Program-made: the position numbers and the translations under genes
The notes under the pieces: generated by a model
Database searches by the model: none
Told to the model about the DNA's origin: nothing
The model's input: the letters and a program-made list of their open reading frames with translations, nothing else
Source: a virus
Length of the DNA stretch: 64,000 nt
Strand: one strand, 5' to 3'
Virus record (IMG/VR): IMGVR_UViG_3300034069_000432
Span: 9,219-73,218 of that record
Shown: one piece after another, positions 16,925 to 26,654 of the stretch
How positions within the stretch are numbered: position 1 is the first letter of the stretch
Layout: the number at the start of each line of letters is the position of its first letter

Positions 16925-17347
16925 TTACGGCAACTCAATCTCAATCTGATCCGGATCATTCACGATCAACGCAATGCCGCCAGCAGCCTGGACTTGGTCG
17001 CGCCAGTTGAGTTGTTCTTTGCTGGGGCGGCCGGTTTTGGTCTTAGCTTCCAGCGATAGGAACTGTGCGATACGCAGCCCCTCGGCCGGCACGTCGCTAG
17101 GCATGATCGTCCGCGCTTTCCAGCCGATCCCGTCACCCGAGCCGACCATCAGCCCGAATTCAATCCTGCTGGCGTGCGTAAGAACTCGCTCGCCGCCCTT
17201 GGCCGTGTACGTCTGCCCTGGCTTCATAGTGAAGCCCGGGCCAGTCCAACCCGTGCCGACGTTGTTGCGAAACACACGCGAGCCTTTCCAAAACTTGCAC
17301 ACGCGCATCACGCACTCTTTGAAAACGTTGTTCTCCTTGACACCCAT
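16925..17347 (-). CDS. VRR-NUC domain nuclease
   Basis: FRNNVG, GSGDGIG, LEAKTKTGRPSKEQLNW. Confidence 0.9.
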   Translation of the reverse strand: MGVKENNVFKECVMRVCKFWKGSRVFRNNVGTGWTGPGFTMKPGQTYTAKGGERVLTHASRIEFGLMVGSGDGIGWKARTIMPSDVPAEGLRIAQFLSLEAKTKTGRPSKEQLNWRDQVQAAGGIALIVNDPDQIEIELP

Positions 17348-17348
17348 G

Positions 17349-19178
17349 TCATGCCCTCTGCTGATCTAGGAATTGGTTTTCGCAGGCCTGATCTAGAAGC
17401 GCCTGCAGTTGGTCTGCGGTCAGGTCAGCGTATGAGTCCTCCGACATCAATCGGCCTTCCATTACGGTGTTGATCTGGTTTGCGATGCCGACGCGCTGGA
17501 TATTCAGGCCCAGCTGCTTTGGCTTCATTTCCCGGATGTCGCTCATGTTGAAGCCCCAAGCGTCTCGGATCCCACGTCCGGTGCTTGTCGACCAATTGAT
17601 AAGCTGCTGACGCAGTTCTATTTGCTGAGCCTCCTTGGCTCGCCTGGCTGCGAGAATGTGGTCGGCGCGGGCTCCGCTGATGCCAAGGTCTTTAAAGTCC
17701 TCCTTGGTCTGAGCCATGCCGGTGCGCACGCGAGGTTTTTGCTGGCCGTCGTCAGTGGTCTCCAGCAACTCGCCATGCATGACCTCGACAACCGCATGAC
17801 GCTTGACATAGACGTGGCCGCAGTCAGGGCATTTAGGCGCCGGGTCATGAGTGCAGTAGCATTTCGGGCACTGCATGTCTTTTACGGCAGGCTCGGTCTC
17901 GCCCCTGCTACGCTTGCTGCCACCTTCTAGCGTCCACTCGCGATCCCAGTGCGGGAAGCCATGCTTAGCCTGGAATCCCTCGGCAGTCTGGGCGCCTACG
18001 TTGCCGACGTGGTCGAACAGCCAGCCGTGAGTCTTCCCCGACGCTTGAATGGCCGCCAGTCGACCTTCACGTGTGCGCAGATCAAACCCTGGCGCATACA
18101 CCGGCCGACCTACTCGGCACGCCTGCTGTATGAACAAGCCTTCAGAGTCAGTGAGCCGAAGCATGATGCCGACCGTAGCGCAGGGGATGTCTGTGCCTTC
18201 CCCAGCGATATCGACCGTCACAATACCTTGTAGCTCGCCAGTTTCTAAGCCGCCGATACGCGCATCACGAACGTCTTCTTCAGTGTTTCCGAACACAGGC
18301 TCAAAGCGGTACCCGGCAGATTTGAACTCGGTTGCAACGTCCTCGGCGTGCTTCAGGTCACAGCAGAACACGATCGCTTCTTTGCCGGCAGTCAGTTCGG
18401 TGTAGTGCTGGAGCGCGCTGCCAGTCACCTTCTTGGTATTGACTCGCTTTTCCTGATCCTTGGCGTCGATATCCCCGCCGCGGTGCTTCATCTTGGTAGC
18501 GTCGAACTGGCGCGGTGGGCAGAAGACTTTGAACGGCAACAGATAACCGTCTTCGATAAGCTCGCTCATAGTCGGGCCAATCACCATGCAGTCGAAAACA
18601 TCGCTAAGGCCTTGGCCGTCACTGCGGCACGGAGTAGCGGTAACGCCGATGATGATCGCGTTCGGGCACGCATCAATGATGCGCTTCCAGGTTCCCGCGA
18701 CGGCGTGGTGCGCCTCATCAATAACGATGATGGTGGGGTCGAATTCTTCAAGCCACTTCATGCGGCCTTTCATGGCAAGCGTCTGCACGCTGGCGACGGC
18801 CACGGTTGAATCGTTGGCGACCATGGGCCAGCCGATTTTCTTGATGTGCACTCGGCGGATGGCAGCGACCTTGTCCGGCGGGGAAACCACTTGGTGCTTG
18901 ATACCCATATTGCCGACAGCGGTGCTGGCCTGTCTTACGAGCTCTTTACGGTGTTCAAGGATGAGAACTCGGTTACCTTTTGACGCAGCGCCGGCAGCCA
19001 TCGCGGCGTAAGTAACTGTTTTCCCCGCGCCGCACGGGAGCACGTACAGAACGGCCTTTTTGCCTTCCTGCAGCTTTCTGCGGATGTCATTTAGCCCTTT
19101 GTCCTGATACGGCCTCAGCGTGAGGTTTACACCTATCGCCACTGGCCGCATTGGGCTCGGCGGTGACGCGAAACTCAC
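17349..19178 (-). CDS. SF2 DEAH helicase with C-terminal zinc ribbon
   Basis: LRPYQ, PCGAGKT, IDEAHH, GVTATP, QQACRVGR, CPKC...CPDC. Confidence 0.95.
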   Translation of the reverse strand: MSFASPPSPMRPVAIGVNLTLRPYQDKGLNDIRRKLQEGKKAVLYVLPCGAGKTVTYAAMAAGAASKGNRVLILEHRKELVRQASTAVGNMGIKHQVVSPPDKVAAIRRVHIKKIGWPMVANDSTVAVASVQTLAMKGRMKWLEEFDPTIIVIDEAHHAVAGTWKRIIDACPNAIIIGVTATPCRSDGQGLSDVFDCMVIGPTMSELIEDGYLLPFKVFCPPRQFDATKMKHRGGDIDAKDQEKRVNTKKVTGSALQHYTELTAGKEAIVFCCDLKHAEDVATEFKSAGYRFEPVFGNTEEDVRDARIGGLETGELQGIVTVDIAGEGTDIPCATVGIMLRLTDSEGLFIQQACRVGRPVYAPGFDLRTREGRLAAIQASGKTHGWLFDHVGNVGAQTAEGFQAKHGFPHWDREWTLEGGSKRSRGETEPAVKDMQCPKCYCTHDPAPKCPDCGHVYVKRHAVVEVMHGELLETTDDGQQKPRVRTGMAQTKEDFKDLGISGARADHILAARRAKEAQQIELRQQLINWSTSTGRGIRDAWGFNMSDIREMKPKQLGLNIQRVGIANQINTVMEGRLMSEDSYADLTADQLQALLDQACENQFLDQQRA

Positions 19179-19543
19179 GCCTGCGCCGCCTTCAATTCCT
19201 GCTCCATCTGGTCGGCGCGATCACGCAGGCGCTGGATGACGGCTGGGCGAGGCAGTGGGCGAGTTGGCGGAGCGCCGCGGAAGACTGCCAGCACTGCGAC
19301 CTGCTCGGGCGGGATGGTGCCGGCCTGCTCTGCCAGCTCCAGCACTGCCATAGTCAGCAGGTTGACGCGCCACGGCTCAGGGTTGACCTTATCGTTCTTC
19401 CAGCGATGCGGCGTGCTCTGCGCCATACCGATGCGCTTCATCGCCAGGTAAGCGGGAACCTTGCATTTCTTGCATAGGCGCCGGAAGTCTTTCTCCGCCT
19501 TCACACCATTAACTGAATCTTCTACCGCTCGCTTGTGGACCAT
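19175..19543 (-). CDS. Putative HTH transcriptional regulator
   Basis: LAMKRIGMAQSTPHRWK; first gene of divergent operon. Confidence 0.55.
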   Translation of the reverse strand: MVHKRAVEDSVNGVKAEKDFRRLCKKCKVPAYLAMKRIGMAQSTPHRWKNDKVNPEPWRVNLLTMAVLELAEQAGTIPPEQVAVLAVFRGAPPTRPLPRPAVIQRLRDRADQMEQELKAAQA

Positions 19544-19591
19544 GGGAATTCCTGCTGGGTTGGTTATTGCGGAAATTATCTACTAAACAGA

Positions 19592-19620
19592 TTGCGCAAT
19601 GCAAGGCGAGCAGGTAATAA
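19592..19620 (+). promoter_or_regulatory. sigma70-like promoter (rightward early operon)
   Basis: TTGCGC-17-TAATAA; TTCCGCAATAA motif on - strand at 19564-19574. Confidence 0.55.
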
Positions 19621-19666
19621 TCTGTCGGACAGCGGGGATTGGCTCTGCTGATGCAGGTGAGATTCA

Positions 19667-19900
19667 GTGATGAGTGACGCAGTTGAAATTTCGGTTCGAT
19701 TTAACATGAGCGAAGATCAGTGCAACGCATTGCTTCGCTTCAATGATACATGCGAAGACAGCCAGCCTTATGACGTGCGCCGACCGATGATGAAGTCGCT
19801 AACCTATGTAGGCATGGTGCGCTGGTGTGGGGGCTCCCGCTTTGAAATTACTGACGCCGGTATCGCAGCGGTTGAGTTTTTGCAGGAGCGTGCCAAATGA
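19667..19900 (+). CDS. Hypothetical protein (winged-helix-like)
   Basis: MSEDQCNALLRF...FEITDAG. Confidence 0.65.
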   Translation: MMSDAVEISVRFNMSEDQCNALLRFNDTCEDSQPYDVRRPMMKSLTYVGMVRWCGGSRFEITDAGIAAVEFLQERAK

Positions 19901-20079
19901 GCAAGCCAGACTGGAAGGATGCGCCGGATGGCGCTACACATCTGATCGTCAAGCGGCATGAGCCGGGGAAAGGTAAGTATTTTTTTGCCTTTTACGATGG
20001 CATTGATTTCAAACATACCAAAGACGGGAATCTGTGCTTTCATCCTGACGCCTATGACATCGTGAGCACGCGCCCATGA
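19897..20079 (+). CDS. Hypothetical protein
   Basis: PDWKDAPDGATH motif; coupled. Confidence 0.7.
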   Translation: MSKPDWKDAPDGATHLIVKRHEPGKGKYFFAFYDGIDFKHTKDGNLCFHPDAYDIVSTRP

Positions 20080-20957
20080 TCCCCCTAGGCCTGCACCCAG
20101 ACCTGCCGGACGCTGAGTACCGTGCTGACCCGGGCATTAACGCAAGCCTGCTGAAGGCGGTTGACCGAAGCCCGGCATATGCACTGCACTTAGCCGACCA
20201 GCCAAGCGACAAGCCATGTTTTACCGACGGCCGCGCGATCCATTCTGAGGTGCTGGAGCCGGATCACTTTGATGCCCGCTACATCGTCGTGCCGGACGAT
20301 GCGCCGCGCAAGCCCACGAAGGCTCAGTGGGGCGCCAAGAAGCCGTCCAGCGAGTCGATGGAAGCGATGCTGTATTGGGACGAGCTGAATTCGACCGCTG
20401 CGGGCCGCTCCATCATCGGCGCCGACGATTACGAGATGTATCGTGGCATAACCGATGCGGTCTGGTCGCACGCCGGCGCGCGCACTCTGCTGGAAGCTAA
20501 GGGCTACGCCGAAGCCTCAATGTTCTCCGACTGCCCGGTTACCGGCATCCGCCAGAAATGCCGGTGGGACAAGCTGCTTGAAGACATGCCGGTCGGTATT
20601 GACTTGAAGTCGACCACCGACGCCAGCGCCGAAGGCTTCCAGCACGCTTTGAAGAAGTTCGGTTGGGGCATCCAGGATGCGCACTACTCGGCGACCTTCA
20701 ATGCACTGTTCGAACAGGAATTGGAGGCCTTCTTGTTCATCTGCGTCGAAAAAACCCCGCCGTATCTTGTTCAGATTCACCGTATCGAAGAGGATGACCG
20801 CGCGTTGCTCAGGCTGCGCCGCGATCAGCTCATGCTCAAAACCCAGCAGTGCCGGACATCTGGCATCTGGCCTGGCTACTCTTCACAGATCCAAACCACC
20901 CGACTCTCCGGCTACCACCGGAACACACTTTCAGCACAGATAGGAAATGACCAATGA
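20076..20957 (+). CDS. RecE/ExoVIII-like PD-(D/E)xK exonuclease (DUF3799 type)
   Basis: YRADPGINASLLK, KCRWDK, IDLKST, QDAHY, FICVEKTPPY. Confidence 0.9.
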   Translation: MIPLGLHPDLPDAEYRADPGINASLLKAVDRSPAYALHLADQPSDKPCFTDGRAIHSEVLEPDHFDARYIVVPDDAPRKPTKAQWGAKKPSSESMEAMLYWDELNSTAAGRSIIGADDYEMYRGITDAVWSHAGARTLLEAKGYAEASMFSDCPVTGIRQKCRWDKLLEDMPVGIDLKSTTDASAEGFQHALKKFGWGIQDAHYSATFNALFEQELEAFLFICVEKTPPYLVQIHRIEEDDRALLRLRRDQLMLKTQQCRTSGIWPGYSSQIQTTRLSGYHRNTLSAQIGNDQ

Positions 20958-22000
20958 GTGATTTTATGACACTGAACGAAGACGGCAGCGCTGCGTCGAA
21001 GACGATCGTTAACGCCGGTTCGGTATCGATCGAGCAGGAGCGCGCGATTGCCGAGGCGCGCGGGCAGATCCAGATTGCTAAGATGTTCCCGCGCAACCTG
21101 AATGCCGTGTACGCCGAAGTGATGGAGGCCTGCAAACTCAAGGCGCTGGCCGAAATCGCTTTCTACACCGTGCCGCAGGGCGGGCAGAAGGTAACCGGCC
21201 CTAGCATCAAGCTAATCGAGCAGGTTGCCAGCGCGTGCGAGCACTTCATCTGGGGCCACCGCGAGCTGAGCCGTACTGAGGCAGGTATCGGCCCTAAAGA
21301 CTTCGGCCGCTCAGAGGTCGAGGTTTACGCGTGGGACATGCAGAAGAACAACAAGTCCCTGCGCCAGATCACCGTGCTGCACGTGCTGGACACGAAGGAA
21401 GGCCCGCGCAAGCTGCGTGACCAGCGCGATATCGACAACAAGATCGCCAACGTCGCCAGCAAGCAGATGCGGGGCCGGTTGCAAGCGCTCCTGCCTAAGT
21501 GGCTGATCCAGGCGGCGGTCGAGCAGTGCCAGCAAACACTGCTGGGAAAATCAGACGAACCTATCTCGGTGCGCGTGCGCAAGATGACGCAGGCGTTCTC
21601 AAAATATGGCGTGACTGCCGACCACCTTGAGCGCTACCTGGGCCACGGCCTCGATGACGTGATGATTGACTCGCTGGTTGATCTGACTGGCGTGTACAAC
21701 GCTCTGAAAGACGGCGCCAGCCCTTCGGAATACTTCGATGCGGCAGAGACCAACGTGCGCACCATAAATGCAACGGTCGACACGCTGAACGAGAAGATCG
21801 TGCAGCAGGAGAGCAAGCCAGCACCCAAGCCCGCCGCTAAGCCGAAGGCGGAGCCAAAGCCTAAGGCTGAACCGAAGCCAGAGCCCGAGCCGGAGGCGGT
21901 GGTGGAGCCTGAACCGGTTGTTGAGCAGGAGCCGGAGCCCGAAGCCGAGCCCGAAGCCGACGCTGCCCCATCCGCCGACAAACCAGTAGACCTGTTCTAA
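20954..22000 (+). CDS. Putative ssDNA annealing protein with Pro/Glu/Lys-rich tail
   Basis: AKMFPRN...FYTVPQGG...TGPSIKL family; follows exonuclease. Function inferred from position. Confidence 0.6.
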   Translation: MSDFMTLNEDGSAASKTIVNAGSVSIEQERAIAEARGQIQIAKMFPRNLNAVYAEVMEACKLKALAEIAFYTVPQGGQKVTGPSIKLIEQVASACEHFIWGHRELSRTEAGIGPKDFGRSEVEVYAWDMQKNNKSLRQITVLHVLDTKEGPRKLRDQRDIDNKIANVASKQMRGRLQALLPKWLIQAAVEQCQQTLLGKSDEPISVRVRKMTQAFSKYGVTADHLERYLGHGLDDVMIDSLVDLTGVYNALKDGASPSEYFDAAETNVRTINATVDTLNEKIVQQESKPAPKPAAKPKAEPKPKAEPKPEPEPEAVVEPEPVVEQEPEPEAEPEADAAPSADKPVDLF

Positions 22001-22015
22001 TTCCGCAATATTATG

Positions 22016-22044
22016 TTGACGCTCGGCGACGGGCGTTGCATATT
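22016..22044 (+). promoter_or_regulatory. sigma70-like promoter flanked by inverted CCGCAATAT motifs
   Basis: TTGACG-17-CATATT; motifs at 22000-22012 and 22039-22049. Confidence 0.6.
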
Positions 22045-22073
22045 GCGGGCGACATAACCAACCGAGACTCAGC

Positions 22074-23732
22074 ATGAAAATCGAAATCAAGAACTACCGC
22101 GGCATCGCGTCAGCTAGCCTGGAGCTCGCCAACATCGCCCTCGTATGCGGCCCTAACGGCGCAGGCAAATCATCCATCGCCGAGGCCGTAGCCGCCTGCG
22201 TCACTCGCAACCCGGTCCCACTTACCGGCCTCAAAAAGAAAGACGCCAGCATGCTGCTGCGCGACGACCAGAAGCGCGGCACCTGCACGGTCGGCGATGA
22301 TACGGGCAGCGTGACGGCTAACTGGCCGGGCGGATCAATCACCAGCCAGGATATCGGACCGCAAGCTACTCCGGTTGCTGCTGGGCTGGAGTCTCTGGTT
22401 GATTACAGCCCGGTTAACCGCGCCGAGCACCTGATCCACTACATGAAGGCGCTGCCGACCGAGGAAGACCTGCGCTCCGCATTGCCACGCACGCCAGCAG
22501 ACACAGTCTCGGCGGTGTGGACAGTCATCCTCGAACACGGATGGGACGCCGCCCACGACCGATCCAAAGAGCGCGGCGCCAAGATGAAAGGCGCCTGGGA
22601 GCAGATCACCGGCGAAAACTACGGCGGCGCAAAGGCTAACGGCTGGATTCATCCGCTGTTGACCAGTTGGGCGGATGTGACGCTTGAGGATCTGCAAGAT
22701 GCAGCAGCAGACGCCAAGGCAACTAACGAGAAGGCTATCGCTAATCGCGGCACCGCTCAGATGGTGCTGGACGCCATGAAGGAGAAGGTTCGGATTGGTG
22801 AGGTATCCGGGCCTTTTATCGAATCACTCGGCGCCGAACTGGAAGAGTTGCAGGCTAAATCTCGCGCGCTCGAAGATGTGATCGTTAATCTGCCGGCGCC
22901 AGAAACGCAGCAGGCTTACGTGGAATGCCCGCACTGCAAGGGCCATCTGGTTGTCATGTCGCGCACGGTCGTCAACAAGCCTCAGGAAGGCGGCGTATCC
23001 GACGAGGAGAATCAGAAGCGCCAGCAGGCTATCAGCGATAAGCAAACCGAGCTGGCAGGCCTGGATGCGCAGCGCGACGAGCTCACTCAAGCTCTAGCCG
23101 TCTACCGCAAGCAACAGGCAGACGGCATCAAGGCCGCCGCCGACCTGGAGAAGCAGCCGAAGGGCAATGCTACGCATCAGGAGCAAGTGGAGTCCGCGCA
23201 GCTCGCCGCGTCGACCGCCAAAGACCTGCAGGACTTCATCAATGCGCACGACGCCACCGACCGCGCCGGGGCGATGCAGCTGCAGATCCTGGATAACGTC
23301 AACATCCTTGAGCAGCTAGCGCCGCAGGGCCTGCGCCAGGCTGTGCTGACGCGCAAGATGGTCGAGTTCAACGGCATGCTGGCGCGGATGTGCAAGGTCG
23401 CTGGCTGGGCCTCTGTAGTGGTGGCTGATGACTTGTCTATCACGTTCGGCAGCCGTCCACTGATCCTGTGCAGCAAGGGCGAGCAGTATCGCGTGCGCGC
23501 TATCCTGCAGTTGGCGGTTGCCGATCTTGACGGCTCCGACATGGTTATCTTTGACGGCGCCGACGTGCTGGACCGGTTCGGGCGTAACGGTCTGTTCAAG
23601 ATCCTCGTTGAGGCGAAGATAAAGGCGCTCGTCTGCATGACGATCGACGGACAGGACAAGGTGCCGAACATCAAGGCCGCTGGGTTTGGGCTGGCTTACT
23701 GGATCAACGACTCGGTGCTCTCGCCCGTATAA
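22074..23732 (+). CDS. Rad50/SbcC-like ABC ATPase with coiled coil and CxxC hook
   Basis: GPNGAGKSS, CPHC mid-protein, CSKGEQ signature, VIFDGADVLD. Confidence 0.85.
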   Translation: MKIEIKNYRGIASASLELANIALVCGPNGAGKSSIAEAVAACVTRNPVPLTGLKKKDASMLLRDDQKRGTCTVGDDTGSVTANWPGGSITSQDIGPQATPVAAGLESLVDYSPVNRAEHLIHYMKALPTEEDLRSALPRTPADTVSAVWTVILEHGWDAAHDRSKERGAKMKGAWEQITGENYGGAKANGWIHPLLTSWADVTLEDLQDAAADAKATNEKAIANRGTAQMVLDAMKEKVRIGEVSGPFIESLGAELEELQAKSRALEDVIVNLPAPETQQAYVECPHCKGHLVVMSRTVVNKPQEGGVSDEENQKRQQAISDKQTELAGLDAQRDELTQALAVYRKQQADGIKAAADLEKQPKGNATHQEQVESAQLAASTAKDLQDFINAHDATDRAGAMQLQILDNVNILEQLAPQGLRQAVLTRKMVEFNGMLARMCKVAGWASVVVADDLSITFGSRPLILCSKGEQYRVRAILQLAVADLDGSDMVIFDGADVLDRFGRNGLFKILVEAKIKALVCMTIDGQDKVPNIKAAGFGLAYWINDSVLSPV

Positions 23733-23739
23733 ATACCAC

Positions 23740-23768
23740 TTGCGCAGTGCAGATAATTGCGGAATACT
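23740..23768 (+). promoter_or_regulatory. sigma70-like promoter with operator in spacer
   Basis: TTGCGC-17-AATACT; ATAATTGCGGAAT at 23753-23765. Confidence 0.6.
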
Positions 23769-23798
23769 GCGCAGGTCAACCAACCAACGGAGCGAACC

Positions 23799-24074
23799 AT
23801 GGCCTGCACATGCATCAAAGATACTGTCGATATTATCGTCAAGGAAATATCGGAAAGCGTTCCCGGCTCCGCATCAATCAGGTTCCACGCCGAGGGCAAT
23901 GCGATCTGCTTCAACACCGAATCAGGGAAAGTGCAGCAACGCTATTGCGTTCAGGTTGCTGGCCACTACATGGCGCCAAAGAAGGCTGGAGGCTTGAAGA
24001 GGGTATCTAAGACAGTTCAGGTCGCTGCCAATTTCTGCCCATTCTGCGGTATTGCTTGTTCTGATTCTTTGTAA
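23799..24074 (+). CDS. Small Cys-rich hypothetical protein
   Basis: MACTC...ANFCPFCG. Confidence 0.75.
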   Translation: MACTCIKDTVDIIVKEISESVPGSASIRFHAEGNAICFNTESGKVQQRYCVQVAGHYMAPKKAGGLKRVSKTVQVAANFCPFCGIACSDSL

Positions 24075-24128
24075 TTTTACCAGTGCGCACCATTCAGACT
24101 TTAACCCACCCACACAGCGAGATTCAGC

Positions 24129-24482
24129 ATGGCAACTCAAGAGCATAAAACGTTCAGCCTTTTCCTCTCAGTCTGCGTGAGCGGCTATGCGCGAGGAAAA
24201 TACAGCCTTAACGACTTCGACCGTTCTCCGTTCTCTTCGGAGTGGCGCGTCGTGAGCAAGATAGACGTGCCAGTCGTGATACCACAGCTCGACCTAGACA
24301 CACTGGAAATCGAAGGCCTCGAAGCCGCCCTCCAGAAAGACCGCGCCGAGTCTCAGTCGCGGCAGAACATCCTGCTCGACCGCATCAGCAAGCTTAAGGC
24401 GATTGGGCATGATGGGGCGGATGATGTGGTGCTGGCGGCTTTTGGGATGGATCGCAGTGACCTGCAGGAGCCAGCACAATGA
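24129..24482 (+). CDS. Hypothetical protein
   Basis: LEAALQK...ILLDRISKLKAIGHD family pattern. Confidence 0.7.
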   Translation: MATQEHKTFSLFLSVCVSGYARGKYSLNDFDRSPFSSEWRVVSKIDVPVVIPQLDLDTLEIEGLEAALQKDRAESQSRQNILLDRISKLKAIGHDGADDVVLAAFGMDRSDLQEPAQ

Positions 24483-25150
24483 GCAACGTAAAAGAACGTC
24501 CGATCTTGTTCTCGGCGCCGATGGTGCGCGCCATCCTGAAAGGCCGGAAGACGGTCACCCGGCGGCCCATCAAAGCATGGCAACACCCTCAGATCGAAGA
24601 TGACGGCTCGTGGTTCGCAGTCGCTCAACGTCATCCACGGTGGGGATTTGGAGTGAGTGGGGTCGACGCGAAGGAGTGCGCCGCAGAACTGGCTCGCTCA
24701 GGCTGCTGTCCCTACGGCCGCTCAGGCGAGCGCCTTTGGGTGCGCGAGACCTGGGCCCAGCCCGCGAACCTTGATCCCGGCCCTACGGTTTACCGTGCGA
24801 CTTATCCCGATTGCATCAAGGGTCAGGGCTGGGAAAATGTTCCACCATCGAGCGAGATCCGCTGGAAACCCAGCATCCACATGTTCAGACGTGACAGCCG
24901 CATTCTGCTGGAGATAACCGACGTGCGCGTCGAGAGGCTGCACGACATCAGCCATGATCAGGCCAAGGCAGAGGGCGTGCGGCTCTACACCGATCATGCC
25001 GAGCTGGGTGACTGGTGGCACGTTGAGGGAATTGAGACCTACAGCGCTGACCCTCGAAAGTCTTTCGAGTTGCTCTGGTCATCCGTCGGCGGCGACTGGA
25101 ACGCCAACCCGTGGGTCTGGGTCGTCGAGTTCAAGAGGGTTGCACAATGA
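24479..25150 (+). CDS. ASCH/PUA-like conserved phage protein
   Basis: ERPILFSAPMVRAILKGRKTVTRR, LWVRETW, WKPSIHM, WNANPWVWVVEF. Confidence 0.85.
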   Translation: MSNVKERPILFSAPMVRAILKGRKTVTRRPIKAWQHPQIEDDGSWFAVAQRHPRWGFGVSGVDAKECAAELARSGCCPYGRSGERLWVRETWAQPANLDPGPTVYRATYPDCIKGQGWENVPPSSEIRWKPSIHMFRRDSRILLEITDVRVERLHDISHDQAKAEGVRLYTDHAELGDWWHVEGIETYSADPRKSFELLWSSVGGDWNANPWVWVVEFKRVAQ

Positions 25151-25356
25151 TCACCGACAAACAGCTAGACGAAACGCTAGTGGAGCTGCTGCGGACTAAG
25201 CGGGCGCTGGAGGCTCTGCGCACTGCGCGTAAGCGCTGGACAGGCAAGGCGACGTCATGGCAGTACAGCGATCAGATCAAGGAGCACGCCAGCGCGCTGC
25301 GCGCCTCTCTCGATTTGACGCGCGCGCTGGCCAAGCTGCGTAAGGGGGATGTATGA
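25147..25356 (+). CDS. Hypothetical protein
   Basis: ATGA coupling. Confidence 0.65.
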   Translation: MITDKQLDETLVELLRTKRALEALRTARKRWTGKATSWQYSDQIKEHASALRASLDLTRALAKLRKGDV

Positions 25357-25571
25357 CTCCGCTGACCTTGGATCAAGCACTACTGGTAAGTGCCTACACT
25401 GGCTTTTTGATTGTTAGCGATTTCGGTCAGGTGCACGAGTACGTCGAAAAGGTTATGGGTCGTTCGGTTTGGACGCATGAGTTCGCCGAAAAGTCTTTCC
25501 GCGAGGAACTCAAGGAGAAACTTAAACCTGATTTCCTTCTTTTGGTGCCTGACGCAGGGGGTAAGCAATGA
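25353..25571 (+). CDS. Hypothetical protein
   Basis: VSAYTG...EKVMGRSVWTHEF. Confidence 0.7.
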   Translation: MTPLTLDQALLVSAYTGFLIVSDFGQVHEYVEKVMGRSVWTHEFAEKSFREELKEKLKPDFLLLVPDAGGKQ

Positions 25572-25807
25572 CCACCGACTTCTCCGACCTAGAGGACCTG
25601 CCGGCAGAGTTTCCAGAGCTGGTCCGGCCGATGCATCAGCCAGTACCAGGCCGCACTACGTACCGCCACGCAACCTCAGTACGGCGCTACGTGGTCGCTT
25701 CGGTAAGCGCAACCTCAGTCATCTTGGAGGCCATATCCGGCCACGCCCGCGACATCGCCCCGGACGTGCTGGCTAAATCCGACATGTGGGAGCTGGTGAC
25801 AGCATAA
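25568..25807 (+). CDS. Hypothetical protein
   Basis: ATGA coupling. Confidence 0.6.
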   Translation: MTTDFSDLEDLPAEFPELVRPMHQPVPGRTTYRHATSVRRYVVASVSATSVILEAISGHARDIAPDVLAKSDMWELVTA

Positions 25808-25814
25808 ATACCGC

Positions 25815-25843
25815 TTGTATTCCGCAATTATCCGACCTATAGT
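25815..25843 (+). promoter_or_regulatory. sigma70 promoter with operator in spacer
   Basis: TTGTAT-17-TATAGT; ATTCCGCAATTAT at 25819-25831. Confidence 0.75.
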
Positions 25844-25877
25844 CCCTCTCAGTTAACACAAATGAGAGGGATTTTTT

Positions 25878-26099
25878 ATGAAACCTGCAAAGATTCAGAA
25901 GATCAGCCGGCAGCAGCTTGAGGCTTTGCTGACTCCGCACATGCTGATGGGATTGGTGAGGACTACGTACAACGCTGGCACGACCGCGTTTGAGTACCGT
26001 CTGCCTAACTGCAAGCTGCTCGCCGTCAGTGTGGCTGACAACCATTTCTGCGAGATTGGGCGGGTGCCGATGGTCAACGTTGTGGCTGGGGTGGTGTGA
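25878..26099 (+). CDS. Hypothetical protein
   Basis: GAGGG RBS after promoter. Confidence 0.65.
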   Translation: MKPAKIQKISRQQLEALLTPHMLMGLVRTTYNAGTTAFEYRLPNCKLLAVSVADNHFCEIGRVPMVNVVAGVV

Positions 26100-26100
26100 T

Positions 26101-26382
26101 ATGGCGAATTTTAAGGCTGGGGATTTGGCGGTACTGATGCCTAACGGCGTCACTGTTGAGGTTCTTGAAGCTCTTGGCAACCCGCAGTTCGTTCATTGGC
26201 GCGGACTAGTCTTGGCTAATTCGCGGCGGGATCAAGCTTTTGTGGTTAAGTTTATTAGCGGACCGATCAGAAATTGCGTAGGGGATTCGATGCACCTCGG
26301 TCCAGTAAGCGCTCGACGCCTCATGCCCCTGCGCGGCGACGAACAGCCCGCCCAGCAACGCAAGCAGGAGCAACCGGCATGA
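26101..26382 (+). CDS. Hypothetical protein (SH3-like FKAGDLA...LMPLRGD family)
   Basis: Motifs typical of phage accessory genes. Confidence 0.7.
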   Translation: MANFKAGDLAVLMPNGVTVEVLEALGNPQFVHWRGLVLANSRRDQAFVVKFISGPIRNCVGDSMHLGPVSARRLMPLRGDEQPAQQRKQEQPA

Positions 26383-26501
26383 AACGCTGCTGGCTAGTCC
26401 GAGTACCCGGCTACGCACCCTTCATGATGATCATGATGTCGGACGATGACGACCCGCTCCGCATCGCCCGCCTAACCTGGCCCAACGCAACGGTGGAATA
26501 A
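26379..26501 (+). CDS. Small hypothetical protein
   Basis: AGGAG RBS, ATGA coupling. Confidence 0.55.
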   Translation: MKRCWLVRVPGYAPFMMIMMSDDDDPLRIARLTWPNATVE

Positions 26502-26654
26502 ATGACTCACGTCGTATGCCCCAGCTACCTGTGTGATGTCTGCAACAAAGCGCGGCGGAATGGAAAGCACGATAAGTGTTCGAAGATCCGCCAGAAACTT
26601 AACGAAGATCGCCGGGCGCGTGAAGCGGCTGCGGCGGAAGGATCAGTGAAATGA
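26502..26654 (+). CDS. Mini Cys/His protein, copy 2
   Basis: YLCDVCNKARRNGKHDKCSKIRQ; not in ORF track. Confidence 0.7.
   Translation: MTHVVCPSYLCDVCNKARRNGKHDKCSKIRQKLNEDRRAREAAAAEGSVK

Noticed and set aside
21820-21965. Repetitive GAGCC/GAACC-rich DNA resembling a repeat array
   Set aside because: It encodes the Pro/Glu/Lys tail of the 348 aa protein; there is no repeat-spacer structure. No CRISPR array was seen anywhere.
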